The notes beneath the pieces are model-generated. The model did not search any database. It worked only from the letters and a program-made list of their open reading frames with translations, and had not been told where the DNA came from. From Octopus vulgaris (Eukaryota), in assembly GCA_951406725.2 (NCBI GenBank), contig OX597821.1, positions 114,824,001 through 114,888,000 on the forward strand: a stretch of DNA of 64,000 nt, written 5' to 3'. The position numbers were made by a program, and so were the translations under genes. Shown in pieces: positions 24,599-37,820 of the stretch. Each line of letters starts with the position of its first letter. Position 1 is the first letter of the stretch.

Positions 24599-26959
24599 CT
24601 GATTCGTTTTCTTCTGATATTGGCTGAATTCCACTCTGATTCCACCAACCACTGCTAGAATTATCAGAGTCATTAGGAAATGTCTGTGACGTTACTCCAC
24701 CTGACCAATCATTTGGAGTATTCACTTCTCGGATGCGTTGTGGTAAATTTAGGCTGGTAGGCCGCTTTGATTTCAACAAAGAAGATGCAGTAACAGAAGC
24801 ACCACTTGAAGGGCTCCAAGAATGGGGTCGTACTGCTCCAGACCCAGATGACACTGTAGCTGATGGTGACAGGGTTGTGTCTGACAGTGAAGAATGTGAC
24901 TCTGTAGAAGACACTTGTATCGAATCAACACAAGTATCTGGTTGGTTATTAAAATCAAGTTCTTTTTGGTCTTCTCGAATTTCACTATTCTCTTCTACAG
25001 AGCTGATATTTTCTTCAGCGCCATCTTTCTGTAAACTGTCACAAGGCAATAAATGAACAACATCACAGTTATGCTGAGGAGATTTGGGACTGTTTTCTAT
25101 TTCAGTATCGTTTTCAAGGCGTTGTTTAATGTCCATATTGTTCAACTTGTGTTGAAGCGGACTTAATAGCTGTTGAGTTATTGATTTCTGATTCCCTGTC
25201 ACTGGTGTATCTGATGTGGCATCAGGAAAGCCATTGGATGCAGAATCTTTACATTTGTCTTCATCAGAGACAGGACTTGAAATGTGTGCAACGGTAGCAG
25301 CAGCGAATGGTGTGTCCAAACACACTTTAGACAAACCTAAAAGGCTGTTGGGCCGTGCTAATTTCGGTAAAGTGGGTTCTTTAGGTCGAGCGCCAAGTGT
25401 AGAAGATTGATGGCATTCTGTAAATGATGAATTTAAACCATTTTCTACAGGGGAACTTGGGAAACCATTCTCAATAGGTTCACAACTTCCTGAACTAACA
25501 TATGTTGGAGAAGGAAAACCATTTTCTGCAGAATTATTAGGTAAATCTGAATCGCCAACATACAGAGTTTCGTGTTCAAAGTTCTCTGACTGGAAATCAG
25601 AATTGCTTTTAGAAATGTCTATAGAATTCCATTCCTCATTTGTTATATGAGCAGCAGTATCACTTGATAAATCCATAGGTTTATCCAAGTTTTCTGACAT
25701 TACAGACTCATTAGGTAGGACACCGTTGCCAAGTACTTCAGGCAGCTCCATAGGGGAGCCAGACATTTCAGAATGTACATGACACTCAGCTTCAACTAAT
25801 ACTCCAGACGGATTCACAGACAAAGGGATTGGTTCACTTGAACAGCACTTTTCAAGATATTCTTCCATATCTTCATCTTCGTTATCTATAGAATCAAAAC
25901 CAACAACCTCTTGGAAGTTTGTTTCATTACTGCCAATAGTTAATGGCACCAAGTTGTCACAATCATTCGTGTCAAGGGTCCGAGAGGAATCCTCTGCTGG
26001 GTTATCATCTATGTCATAACTTAGATCCTGACTGGGCAAGGCATTGGGTTCAGTTATGTCCATATCAGGCAGGTTTTCTTGACTGTTCTGCATGGAATCA
26101 GATAAATTGTTCAAGCACACTGCAGACATATCCTCAACTTTTCGTATCACAATATCGTTATTTTCATACATGGGTTCTTCCTGAGAGTTTGATAGTTCGT
26201 TACGGTCGGATGCAGTCCAGACACTGCTACCAACAGATCCGTCATCTTTAACACCAGCAACAGTGTCTGTCTGGTTGCTTGTTACAGAAGCATTCTCTAG
26301 ACATTGTTTATCACAAATAGCAACACATTCAACAGAGTCTTCTACCACAGACATTTCATTCTTTGCATCCAGATCTCTAGCTGAGCTTTTTTTACCAATT
26401 TCGGATTTCATACATGACTGGTCATTTTCACTGGTTTTTGCCAAATTCAAGTTCACGCGGCGTGGTATAAACGCCTCTGTTTTTATAATAATGTCATCGA
26501 GAGGAGTTGTAAGTTCAGGGGGCTGAGTTTCTTGAAAAGGTCGTTTATCTTGTAAATCTTGACTAGTTTTCTCTTTCATTTCACTTCCATTTTCAAATTT
26601 TTCGTTATTTATTTCTATTGAAGACGACGTAATATTTGCATTTAAACCATTCTGGAAATTGAGTTTTTGTTCATTATGAACGGACACAACAGAAGTTGGC
26701 GTCTGAAGGTTGCATTCTTTTTGAAAGACAGAAAAATTGGCTTCTGCAATGTCAAATTTATGGGCAGCTTCATAAGGCATATCATAGGCAATGTTGGTAG
26801 GGCCCGAGGAGGCAGGCTGATCGACTATTTGGTGAGAACCACTGATAGAACCAAAACCTCTACTGTACAACTCCCAATGACTGTCCGGCTGAGTCGGTAA
26901 ATACTGATCATAACCACTCAGCTTGTTTTCACAACTTGGCACCAATGCAGATGCTTTCT
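24599..26959 (-). CDS. ZFYVE9: SARA/endofin-family FYVE protein, large coding exon 2 (787 codons, acidic/Ser-rich)
   Basis: Inside the 810-aa ORF 24594..27026. Acceptor tctgttttcag|AG (G+AG=Glu), donor TCA G|gttagt; phase 1 at both ends. Contains GARPK, a motif also present in vertebrate SARA/endofin. Confidence 0.9.
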
Positions 26960-28013
26960 CTGAAAACAGAAAAAAGATTTTTATTAGAAACGTGCAACAG
27001 TTACAAGAACAAAAAAAAACAAACAATATTTTTGGTAATAAAATATGAAAATTTTTATTATAACCTGATATAGACTAAAGATAAAGTTTTAACTCTTCTA
27101 AAAAGACGGGGTGGGGTAAAATATTAATTCTTCTAATCCATACCCCTGGTTCTATATATAATGCAAACTCCCTGTTTTAAAGTGATCTAAATTAAAACCA
27201 TGCATCAAAATTTCATAATTTTCAATCCAAATTTCAGCTAATAAAGACAAATTTAATTTACCACATTCTTCATTATTTTAGAAATTAACTGAAATAAATG
27301 CAGTGTACCGCAATGAAAATAAAGTAACAAATGGGTTAATTACATTTAATTAAATTTCTGAGTTTTACATAAATCTGCATAACAAAAATGTCTACATTGG
27401 CATTATTTTATGACATCTAACTCCAAGACATTGCAAAGAATATTTCTGACCAAAACTAGTTGTGTAGAATTTCTACAGGATGAAGAATAACTGTAAGATT
27501 AGGGAAACTGAAATATTTTTTTCCCCTTTTTTTCATGTTGAAAGGCAAACAATAGAAATAAAACAGGTACTGAACCACATTTTGTAGTAAGGAACTTTTC
27601 AAGTTTGGTTTCTAATACTAGCATGCTTATTATTTTCAACTTTGAGATAAGTTAATAAAAAACTAAAATTAGATCTGACAGATAATCCAAATATAATGTG
27701 ATAAAACTAGCAGTGAGAAGAATTAAAGAATTTTATATATAGGAGTTATATCATGATGATGATGATATGTGTGTGTGTGTGTATGTATACACACACACAC
27801 ACACACATAGTTCAAAATTGTACAGAAAAACAAAAAACAAAATACAGAGACAGGCAAGGGAACTACAAACAAGGTGCATTAGTTTGACGCTCAGGAAAAA
27901 ATGGAGAGCAAAAAAACATGTCTGGATTAACCACTGCACATGTTGAATGTATAACGTATATGTCATAATCATTATCATTCAACATCCCCTTCTTTTTAAT
28001 GCTGGAATAGTAT

Positions 28014-28336
28014 TGTAGTGGAAATGGTACACCCCTCCCATGGGACAAGTGGTATGAACCAGCCACTATAAAGTGAGATGACATCAACCAGTATGGGGAG
28101 TTGTATGTCAATTGTTGTAGAGTCTTTGTACGTGTTCTCAGAGTTAAGTGTCAGTTACGTGTTGTAGTCGAGTTTGAGTCACAATCAAGGTAGACGGTTC
28201 AAATTCGGTGTCTTGCAGAGCTATCAGCGATGGTACGATAGACGAAGTGGTGTAATACCATTTTGGTATAGAAGAGATACACTGTGTCCGATACCAAGAA
28301 AATATCGTGGCTACTAGAGTAGATACAACACCTACA
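28014..28336 (+). mobile_element. Probable solo LTR
   Basis: TGTAG...CTACA termini, flanks agtat/attat (5-bp TSD with 1 mismatch), internal TATAAAG, CpGs retained. Confidence 0.45.
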
Positions 28337-29465
28337 ATTATAACTGTGGAAAACACAACATCATAACAAATGCGTTGGACAGCTCAACATGAACAGATGA
28401 AGTAGAGGGCTCCAATATCTGCATTGGCATGGTTTCTACAGCTGGATGGCCTTTCTAATGCCAACCACTTCCCAGAGTATACTGGGTGTTTTTTATGTGG
28501 CACCAACACTGGTGGACTCAGCAAGTACTCACAAAAACTGAGTAGGGTATAGTATTGAGGGATATGCAAGTATGGTAGAGAGACAGGAACAAGTGTCTTG
28601 CTGAAGAGGTGAATACACGGCTTCCCTATCGGGAAAGTTGTGTGTGTGTGTGTATTGAGAAAAGAGGAGGTCGTCAGAATTTTGGAAAAAGAATTTATAC
28701 CCAAATATGAATTTAATTATATAATACCATCACACACTGTACACCTGCATGCAAGAATAGATGGAGCATTTTATGATACATGTGTTACAACAGAAACCAA
28801 TTTTCTTTTGTTCAAGTGAAACAAAGAAGCAACTAAGAAAGAACGAACGTACAATTTATCTTCATAATTACCATATTTTGTTTATTTATTTTGTTTTTGG
28901 GAGGTGTTTTATAATTAACTGTATCTCAAAAAAAAAAAAACCATTTAATATTAAACTCTCATCACAATTACTATGAAATAGGACAAAAAATATTTTAAAT
29001 TTAAACATCAGAACCCTACACACAGGTTCTGAAAAGATTCTTGTTTATCACAGACTCAGAATGTTTTAATAGCACTAACAGAACTGGGTTTGTTAACTCC
29101 TCTGATTTCAGAAGTTGCTCTGATTATGTTGGACGAGGAAAAAGAAACTGAAAATAGCAGCTGAATATACTAAATAAATAACAGTAAAAAACAAAAAATA
29201 GGCAACCATAGAAAAAAAGATATGGTTGGGTTCTTTTCTTTTTTACAGATGCAGCAGTTGGGAGGCAGTTATATAACAATCATATAATATATATATATGT
29301 ATGTATATACATTTCACTCCTGTATAACTACAGGTGAGTTATATAAAGGGGTGGAGAAGCAAAACTGCTAATTGGTAAACAACTCAAAGATTATATATAT
29401 TCACTGTGATAGTAATCTAAAAGAGGAACACCATATAACTAGATATTTTAGAAATGGTTTATAAA

Positions 29466-29500
<35 letters not shown>

Positions 29501-29954
29501 ACTGAAGTGAATGCAAAAAATAGAGAGCTAACTAGATGCACAATCGTTCAATGCTTCACCTTTTCAAGTTCAAATCATAGCAGCTGTTTGCCTTTGTTTC
29601 TTTTTTATCCTTCTATGAAGTGGTAAGAAGATTCTTTGAACTACTCAACCAACAAGTTTATGCTTGTATCTAAGAAACAAAAATTGGCTTTTATCATTAC
29701 TGTAATTGTTGTTACTGGTATGCTAGTAATAATAATAATAATTATCATTATTTCGTTTTGGGATTTGGTTTGCAAGATTCTTTATGTGAGTTTGTGTGTT
29801 GAAGCAAATTTTGTTGTGCTCAGGGAGAGTCGTTCTCTTTTAGAGCTTTCTTATTTAACACCCTCACTGGTAAAGTTTCCACTCATTTACTCATTTATTT
29901 TTCCTAAATTTTTTATGCATCTTGCAACTTTTCAATAGTCGTTATAATAACAGT

Positions 29955-30231
29955 TATTATTATTTACATTATTTACATTTGACAGATATTTGTCCTCATC
30001 TTGTTTGTTGTTAACAACGTTTTGGTTGATAAACCCTCCAGCCTTCATCAGGTATCTTGGGGATTCCGAGTTCAATTGCATGCAGTGACCTGAATAATAA
30101 CAACATTGAAAAATGCCTTAGGAATGAGAACCCAGGTTTGAAATTTCCCCAAGGCACATGATGAAGGCTGGAGGGTATATCAGCTGAAACATTTTGTTAA
30201 CAAACAAGATGAGGACAAATATCCGTCAAAT
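29955..30231. mobile_element. Inverted repeat with two mutated hammerhead-like motifs
   Basis: 29977-30063 is the reverse complement of ~30146-30231; each arm has (C/A)TGATGA aggctg...ca(g/a)c(t/c) (G/A)AAAC. Confidence 0.6.
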
Positions 30232-30591
30232 TTTCAAAATCCACCTGTCTAACACCCGTGGACATGTTTACAAAATCAAAAAACAGCACAGCTCCCATGA
30301 CTTTCGGAAACATTTTTTCACACTAAGAGTTGCTGAAGCATGGAACAAACTGCTGGCATCGGTTGTTAGTTGTCAGAGCACTGCATCCTTCAAAACTTCC
30401 ATGCTTCCTGAGATTCGCCAACACTACACCTGATTTTCTCCCCTCCATACACACGCAAGCATGTATCTGACTCATACACTGTTTACTTCCCAGACATTTG
30501 TACATTAATGCATATGCTTTATACGCACTTTTGACAAGTTGTTGTGCACTTGAGCACTCTATACAATAATTCCATTATTATCGTTATTATT
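30232..30591 (+). mobile_element. 5'-truncated CR1/L2-type LINE 3' end
   Basis: Encodes TRGHVYKI..RKHFFTLRVAEAWNKL.ASVV..S..SFK, typical of a CR1-group ORF2 C-terminus, followed by a 3' UTR and (TTA)n tail. Confidence 0.75.
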
Positions 30592-30646
30592 AAATGTAAA
30601 TAATGTAAATATTGTACATAATTCCTTATCTCTTAAATATAGAACT

Positions 30647-30689
<43 letters not shown>

Positions 30690-31114
30690 CATCATTATTA
30701 TTATTACTATTACTATTATTAGGGAAGCAAACTGGCAGAATCATTAGTACACTGGGCAAAATGCTTCACAGCATTTCTTCCAGCTCTTTACATTCAGAGT
30801 TCAAATTCCACCAAGGTTGATTATATCTTTCATCCTTTCTGAGCCAATAAAATACATACCAGTCATGCACTAGGGTTGATGTAATCAACGAGCTCCCTCC
30901 TCCAAAATTTCAGACCTTGTGCCTATTCTTTTATTCCTTTGTATATTTCAGTCATTTTGACTGTGGCCATGCTGGAGCACCACCTTTAGTCGAACAAACT
31001 GACCCCAGGATTTATTCTTTGTAAGCCTAGTACTTATTCTATCAGTTGTCAAGTGATGGTGGTGGGACAAACACTGACACACACACACACACATACATAT
31101 ATATATACACACAT

Positions 31115-31197
<83 letters not shown>

Positions 31198-32530
31198 CAG
31201 GCTTCTTTCAGTTCCCACCTACCAAATCCACTCACAAGGATTTGATTGGTCTGAGGCTATAGTAGAAGACACTTGCTCAAGGTGCCATGCAGTGGGACTG
31301 AACCCGGAATCATGTGGTTGGTAAGCAAACTACTTACCACACAGCCACTCCTGCACCTATATAGTAGAAACAATTATTATTAAACCCCATATCTGTTAAA
31401 ATGCTATTATCAATACCTAAAGTTGTTTCCAGTAGCATATCTTATTAGAATATATCTTTATTAAATATTTCCCTTATAGAATAGATTTGAAAAATGATGC
31501 AAATATTTAAAAAAAATAAGCAAAAAAAAAATAAATAAATAAATAAGGAAATTAATTTAGAAAAATAATTGTTACTCAAAAAAAGTAGGAAAATAATGAA
31601 ACTCAAAAGTGAGATAAATATATATAATGAAAATGAAAAGAGAGCAAGGTCTTGGAGTTTTGGAAGAATTTGAATAAAAGGAATTTTCAGAACTGGTTGA
31701 GGATATTGGAGGAGTGGGGAGGACTTGGGGCCCTCCCCATTATCACTTCAAGACAGATGTAATTTAAAATAAAGTAGTTTATACTAAAAAATCTCTTTCT
31801 TTATACAACCTCAAGTTTAAAAATACAGACAATCCCTTAATTTCACCCAACTTTTTATTTTATTTTATTTTTCCAAAACCAAATTATAATAATAATTTCA
31901 AATTTTGGCAAAAGGCCAACAATTTCAGGGTAGGGGCATGAGTCGAATACATCAACCCCCCCCCCCCAGTACGCAGCTGGTACTTACTTTTGGCAACCCA
32001 GAAAGGATGAAAGGAAAAGCCAACCTTTGGCAGAATTTGAACTCAGGACGTAAAGATAGATGAAATGCTGCTAGCCTGACATGCTATTCTGCCAGCTCAC
32101 CACCTTAATAATAATAATAATACTAATAATAACAACAATAATAAGTATAAATCGATTGATAATGAAATCTGGGAGTAAAGCAAAAAAAAAATTTCCCACC
32201 TTTGTCAAAAAAGACTACTTCATTGCACACCTGTCACTTTTACCAATAACATGTTTCCATCAGTTCCATGGATCAATTTATTTTTCTTCTCCCTTTTCCT
32301 TACAAAGTCTGAGAGGAGATGAACACCAGATTCCATACTGATTTCTTTTCCTTTCTTTCCTTCTCTTCTTCTCCATCATCATAGTTGGAAGTCAAGACTG
32401 ACAGCTGAGCAGGTCTGACTCATCAGAACGAACCCCACCCACACCAGCCCCAGCCAGCCAGCCATCCCTTACTTTTCTCAATCATCTCAGCTATTAACAA
32501 TAACAACAAAACAGAAAGGAGGGCAGCAGC

Positions 32531-32565
<35 letters not shown>

Positions 32566-33120
32566 TATCAGCAGCAGCAGCAGAGGTAAAAGAATTACAT
32601 GCTTCAGTGTTAATCAAGTGATTTGCTGAAACCTAAAAGACTGACAACAGACAGCTAATGGAATCTGCCTCACAATGGCCACGTGAGGAAACAGACCAAC
32701 AAGCCCACTGTATACCCCCCACTAAATGGTGGCTGGAAGCTACTGGAGCCATATTAGAAACAGGCTTTCTTCACAAATGCTCCTTATCTCCCCCCCCCCT
32801 CTCCATCACATGCATCAAGCAGTTTTGAAATAAATTACTTCAACCCAAGATGATTATGACGACTACAGCAGCTTTATCAAATTTTCTTTTAGAAATTTCA
32901 CCTTTAGAATGTTTTATCTTTCATCTTTTACTTGTTTAAGTCATTAGATACGGCCATGCTGCAGCACTAGCCTGTAGAAATTTTAGTTGAATGAATCGAC
33001 CCCAGTATTTATATTTTTTTTTTAAACCTCATATATACTCTCTCTGTCTCTTTTGCCAAACTACCGAGTTATAGGGACATAAACAAACCAACACCATTTG
33101 TCAAGAGGTGGTGGGTAACA

Positions 33121-33151
<31 letters not shown>

Positions 33152-33662
33152 CATGCATGCACACATGTGCATGCATGTATATAAGATAGGCTTCGTTAAG
33201 TTTCCATCAACCAAATCTACTCTCAAGGCTTTGGTCAGTCCAAAGCAATAGTAGAAGACACTTGCCCAAAGTGCCATGCAGCGGGACTGAACCCAGAAGC
33301 ATGTGGTTGGGAAGCAAGCCTCCTACCACACAACCACGTCTGCACCTGGTGAATTCAGTGAAAGAAGACCAGCAGCAGCAGCAGCCCAATAAGAGAAGAT
33401 TTGATGAAAATAATTATCGCAAATGTAAAAGTTTATCTGAGATAATTACAGCAATAACAATGAGCTGTATAAGAAACCAACTAGAACAAACATTAACATG
33501 TGAAACAATTAATAGTCATCGTTGCAGGTATTCATCTAATTAACCTTTTTTTCTTTTTCCAGTTGCAATACAAAATAATTACAATAAAAATGTGTCAACG
33601 AAATTTATGAGTGGAAAGTGTGACTTCCTTTTAATTTTGCTGCTTAAAATATTTATTATTAT

Positions 33663-33699
<37 letters not shown>

Positions 33700-34143
33700 T
33701 TCTGCTCAATACCACAGATTTGCTTGTCAGTTATTTGACCTTAACCAGTTGAGCATGTCCCTTAGTGGCTGACGATATGTGCATCTCTGATCACGAGCAG
33801 AAGTAGTGGGGGAGCATCATAGCCATGTGTTGAGAGGGATTCTTTGGGGTTTGAATAGTTCACCTCTGGAAACATGGGTGGTTCTTTCAACATCCTTAAA
33901 CAACCCTTATTCAGGGACCGTTTGAGCGGGATGGGCTACTCAACCTGAAGAAAATTCTAACTGGGCCCCACCTGCAAGGTCATGTGCTGTTTATCTTGAT
34001 ATGAGATCATCATGTCGCGCACATATGGTTGTGATGCATGTGCCTGGTGTACCTTTATCAGACGGGTAGTCATGATGGGTATATTGGGCTTCGTATATTT
34101 TACCCCAGTGTCACTTTGATGGCATGAACTGCTCTCTCACTCA
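33700..34143 (+). mobile_element. Probable non-LTR element 3' region embedded in (AAT)n
   Basis: Higher-GC ~440-bp block sharply bounded by (AAT)n on both sides; no ORF. Confidence 0.45.
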
Positions 34144-37100
34144 ATAATAATAATAATAATAATCCTTTTTATTACAGGCACAAGGACTGAAATTTGGCGG
34201 GAGGAGGCAAGTCGATTACATCGACCCCAGTGCAAAACTGGTACTTGTTTAATTGATCGCGAAAAGATGAAAGGCAAAGTTGACCTCGGTGGAATTTGAA
34301 CTCCAAACATGGTGAAGACAGACAAAATACCGCAAAGCATTATTATGATGATAATACTAAGTAATATAAATGAGGTTAGTGGGTTGATTCCTCCAGTCAC
34401 ACTTTAAATTATATGGAGAGTGAGTTAACATAAGAGGTACAGAATGAGTGCACATGAGGCTTCATGGCAGGCAATGAGTAAAGGAATGTCACACACGCAC
34501 ATACAATGAGAGAGAAAAAGAGTCATAGAGACAGAGTTAGTTGGAGGAGGAGAGAGAGTAAATGACAGGATAGTTATGGGAGCAGTTCAAATTTTGAAGA
34601 GGAAAGGTTTGATGGAGTAGATAGTGAGCAAATCTTCAATGGTGGTATTTTACCAGTGTGTAATAACATATATTCAGAGCAAATATATAAATGATAAATT
34701 TGTTTTATTTAATTCTAATGTGATAAATAGTTTCCTTTTAAAATTAGTATTCATTTCATCATTTTATAAAAGCACCAAGAAATTTGAGGAAAATTAAATT
34801 ATAATCATTGTGTGTACACCATAGTTAATGATATTAACTGGTACTCCATTGGTTATCATGAAGAAGGTTCCAGTTGATCCAATCAAGAGAACAGCCTGCC
34901 CATGAAATTAACGTGCAAGTGGCTGAGCACGCCACAGACACATGTACCCTTAATGTAGTTCTCACGGAGATTCAGTGTCACACAGTGTGACAAGGCTGGC
35001 CCTTTGAAATACAGATACAACTCATTTTTACCAGCTGAGTGGGCCAGAGCATTCTTTTCTACTCTAGGCACAAGGCCTGAAATTTGGGGGGAGAAGGCCA
35101 GTCGATTAGATCGACCCCAGTATACAACTGGTACTTAATTTATCAACCCTGAAAGGATAAAAGGCAAATTCGACCTCAGCAGAATTTGAACTCAGAATGT
35201 AAAGACAGATGAAATACCACTAAGCATTTCACCCGGCATGCTAACATTTCTGCCAGCTCGCCACCTTAAGTGGACTGAAGCATTGCGAAATAAAGTGTCT
35301 TGCTCAAGGACACAATGCATCGCTGGGAATTGAACCAACGATACCCTAACCACAAAGCCAAGTGGGTAAAATGAGGAATTCTGGTAAAAGACATCACATG
35401 GTGTTTTATCTCTTATTACAGCATGTCTGAATATGTTTCATAAGCACAAGACCTTTGTATCTGTGTGAGTGTGTGTGTGTGTGTGTGAGAAAGAGAGAAT
35501 CATTGGAATGTACCCCAGAACACACCTTTCACTTATGCTTTTAACCATACATAGATGAAACAAAATATGGAATGTAAAGGAGATAAAAATTCTATTTTAT
35601 AAGGAATTTAGTGCATGACTCAACACTTTCATATGTCAAACTATATCAACCCCTTTTCTGACCAGATTTCCTAAAAAATACTGCCGACATTTTTTTTATC
35701 TAAAATACTGTCATATCATGGATTGGGTGGGAGTTGGTAAAAATAACTTCTTTACATTGTTCGGCAAGTGTCTGGGACATGACAAAGAGTCCTAACATAA
35801 AATTATGAGAAAAGTTTTAATATGGATATCAACATCTTAAAATAGAGGGTTTTGTATCATAAAACCAGAGGCAGTCTGAAGAAGATTGTTATAAAAAGAG
35901 TTAAATATATTTATTGGTCCTCTAAGACTACTTATTCTATACAAACACTTTAGTATAGAACTCTTTCATATATTTAAAACAATCAGCATCATCGTGATTG
36001 TAATGACTGTTCTGGGGTTGTTTTTTTTTCTATCTAAAAGATTGTATATAAGTGTAGGCATTACTCTATAAAGTGATACTGAACCAGTGCATGTGTTTAT
36101 TGTTATCGGCATAATGACCCTCTCAAAGTACTATAAAATTTGTTTCAACACACAAATTCACATCAAGAACCTTGCAAACCAAATACAAAAGGAAAACATG
36201 ACTGCATGGTTAAAAAGTTTGCTTCCCAACTGCATAGTTGTGGGTTCAATCCCACTATGACACGTTGGCAAGTCTTCTACTGTAGCCGCAAGCTGAACAA
36301 AACCTTGTGAGCAGATTTGGTAGAAGGGAAACGGAAGAAAACAACCTGTCATGTGTGTGTGTGTGCATGCTTGTCTCCTTGTCTTGACATCTGTGAATGT
36401 CATTTCCAATTTTCTGCGGAAATGTCTGGCCCAGGGGACATATTACTTTGTTTGTGAACAGGTGAGAGTTGTTGACAAGAAGGGTGTCTGGCCATAGAAC
36501 ACCTGCCTCAATAAACTCTGTCCAAGCCATGCATGCATGGCAAAACAGACGTTAAAATGATGATGATGAAGATGATGTGGCCACTTGAACTCAATAACAC
36601 CAGTGTTTACTTAACGTTGGCCACAGTAATGTAAGTGGAAAGTAAATGTATCCCAGTGTATAGAATTGCTATGCACCTCAAGTTAGAATTTCTATCAAGT
36701 GCCCGATTGAGAAAAACAACAGAATGTCTGGAAACCGAAACTAGGACTAACTTGTCAGCAATCTTTGTCACTCTCTGTCACACACAGCCCAAATATAAAT
36801 CAAACCGAAAACAAAATAAGCTCATTAAAATCCAATAACTGATGTTGTTGGTAAATAACAAAACTAGGTGTAGTTGGTGTTATTAACTGATAGTTTGTTA
36901 TTTATCTGAACATTTCAACCCAGAAAATAGGTTTACATGAACTGGGGTGAAATCAGGCTCTTAACAACAAACGGACTAAAATTAGCATCGACTAAATTTG
37001 CTATTTCCTTTCTTACCAATGACACTAAAGAACATCAAATGTAACCACCATACACACACACACACACACACACACAGAAAACAGAAACACTAGGAATTAC

Positions 37101-37336
37101 CAAATACCATTCTCAGCTTACACAGAAAACATATTAAACTAAACAAGCAAACTAGTGCATAAACACTGCAACAGCACTCACAAACATAGGTGTAACAGGC
37201 ACAAACAAACAACTCTGGGGAATAACAATGTATTTCATACACACACACACACACACACACATATATGTTAAAATGAGATGTCAGTGTTATTTTCATTTTT
37301 GTGTAATTTAGACAACAATATATTCACTGCGCCCTA

Positions 37337-37558
37337 TATATATATATATATATATATATTCTTTTACTTGTTTCAGTCATTTGACTGCGGCCATGCTGGA
37401 GCACCACCTTTAGTCGAGCAAATCGACCCCGGGACTTATTCTTTGTAAGCCCAGTACTTATTCTATCGGTCTCTTTTGCCGAACCGCTAAGTGACGGGGG
37501 ACGTAAACACACCAACATCAGTGGTCAAGCAATGCTAGGGGGACAAACACAAACACAC

Positions 37559-37607
<49 letters not shown>

Positions 37608-37770
37608 TACGACAGGCTTCTTTCAGTTTCCGTCTACCAAATCCACTCACAAGGCATTGGTCGGCCCGGGGCTATAGCAGAAGACACTTGCCCAAGATGC
37701 CACGCAGTGGGACTGAACCCGGAACCATGTGGTTGGTTAGCAAGCTACTTACCACACAGCCACTCCTGCG

Positions 37771-37772
<2 letters not shown>
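37337..37772 (-). mobile_element. SINE family A, young full-length copy
   Basis: Reverse complement of the 158-522 family with CpGs retained; other minus copies at ~10440-10743, 30945-31360, 32925-33347 and 39260-39637. Confidence 0.85.

Positions 37773-37814
<42 letters not shown>

Positions 37815-37820
<6 letters not shown>

Noticed and set aside
26960-27026. N-terminal MFVFFCSC.. of the 810-aa ORF
   Set aside because: Intronic polypyrimidine tract upstream of the acceptor; the real start is at 63039.
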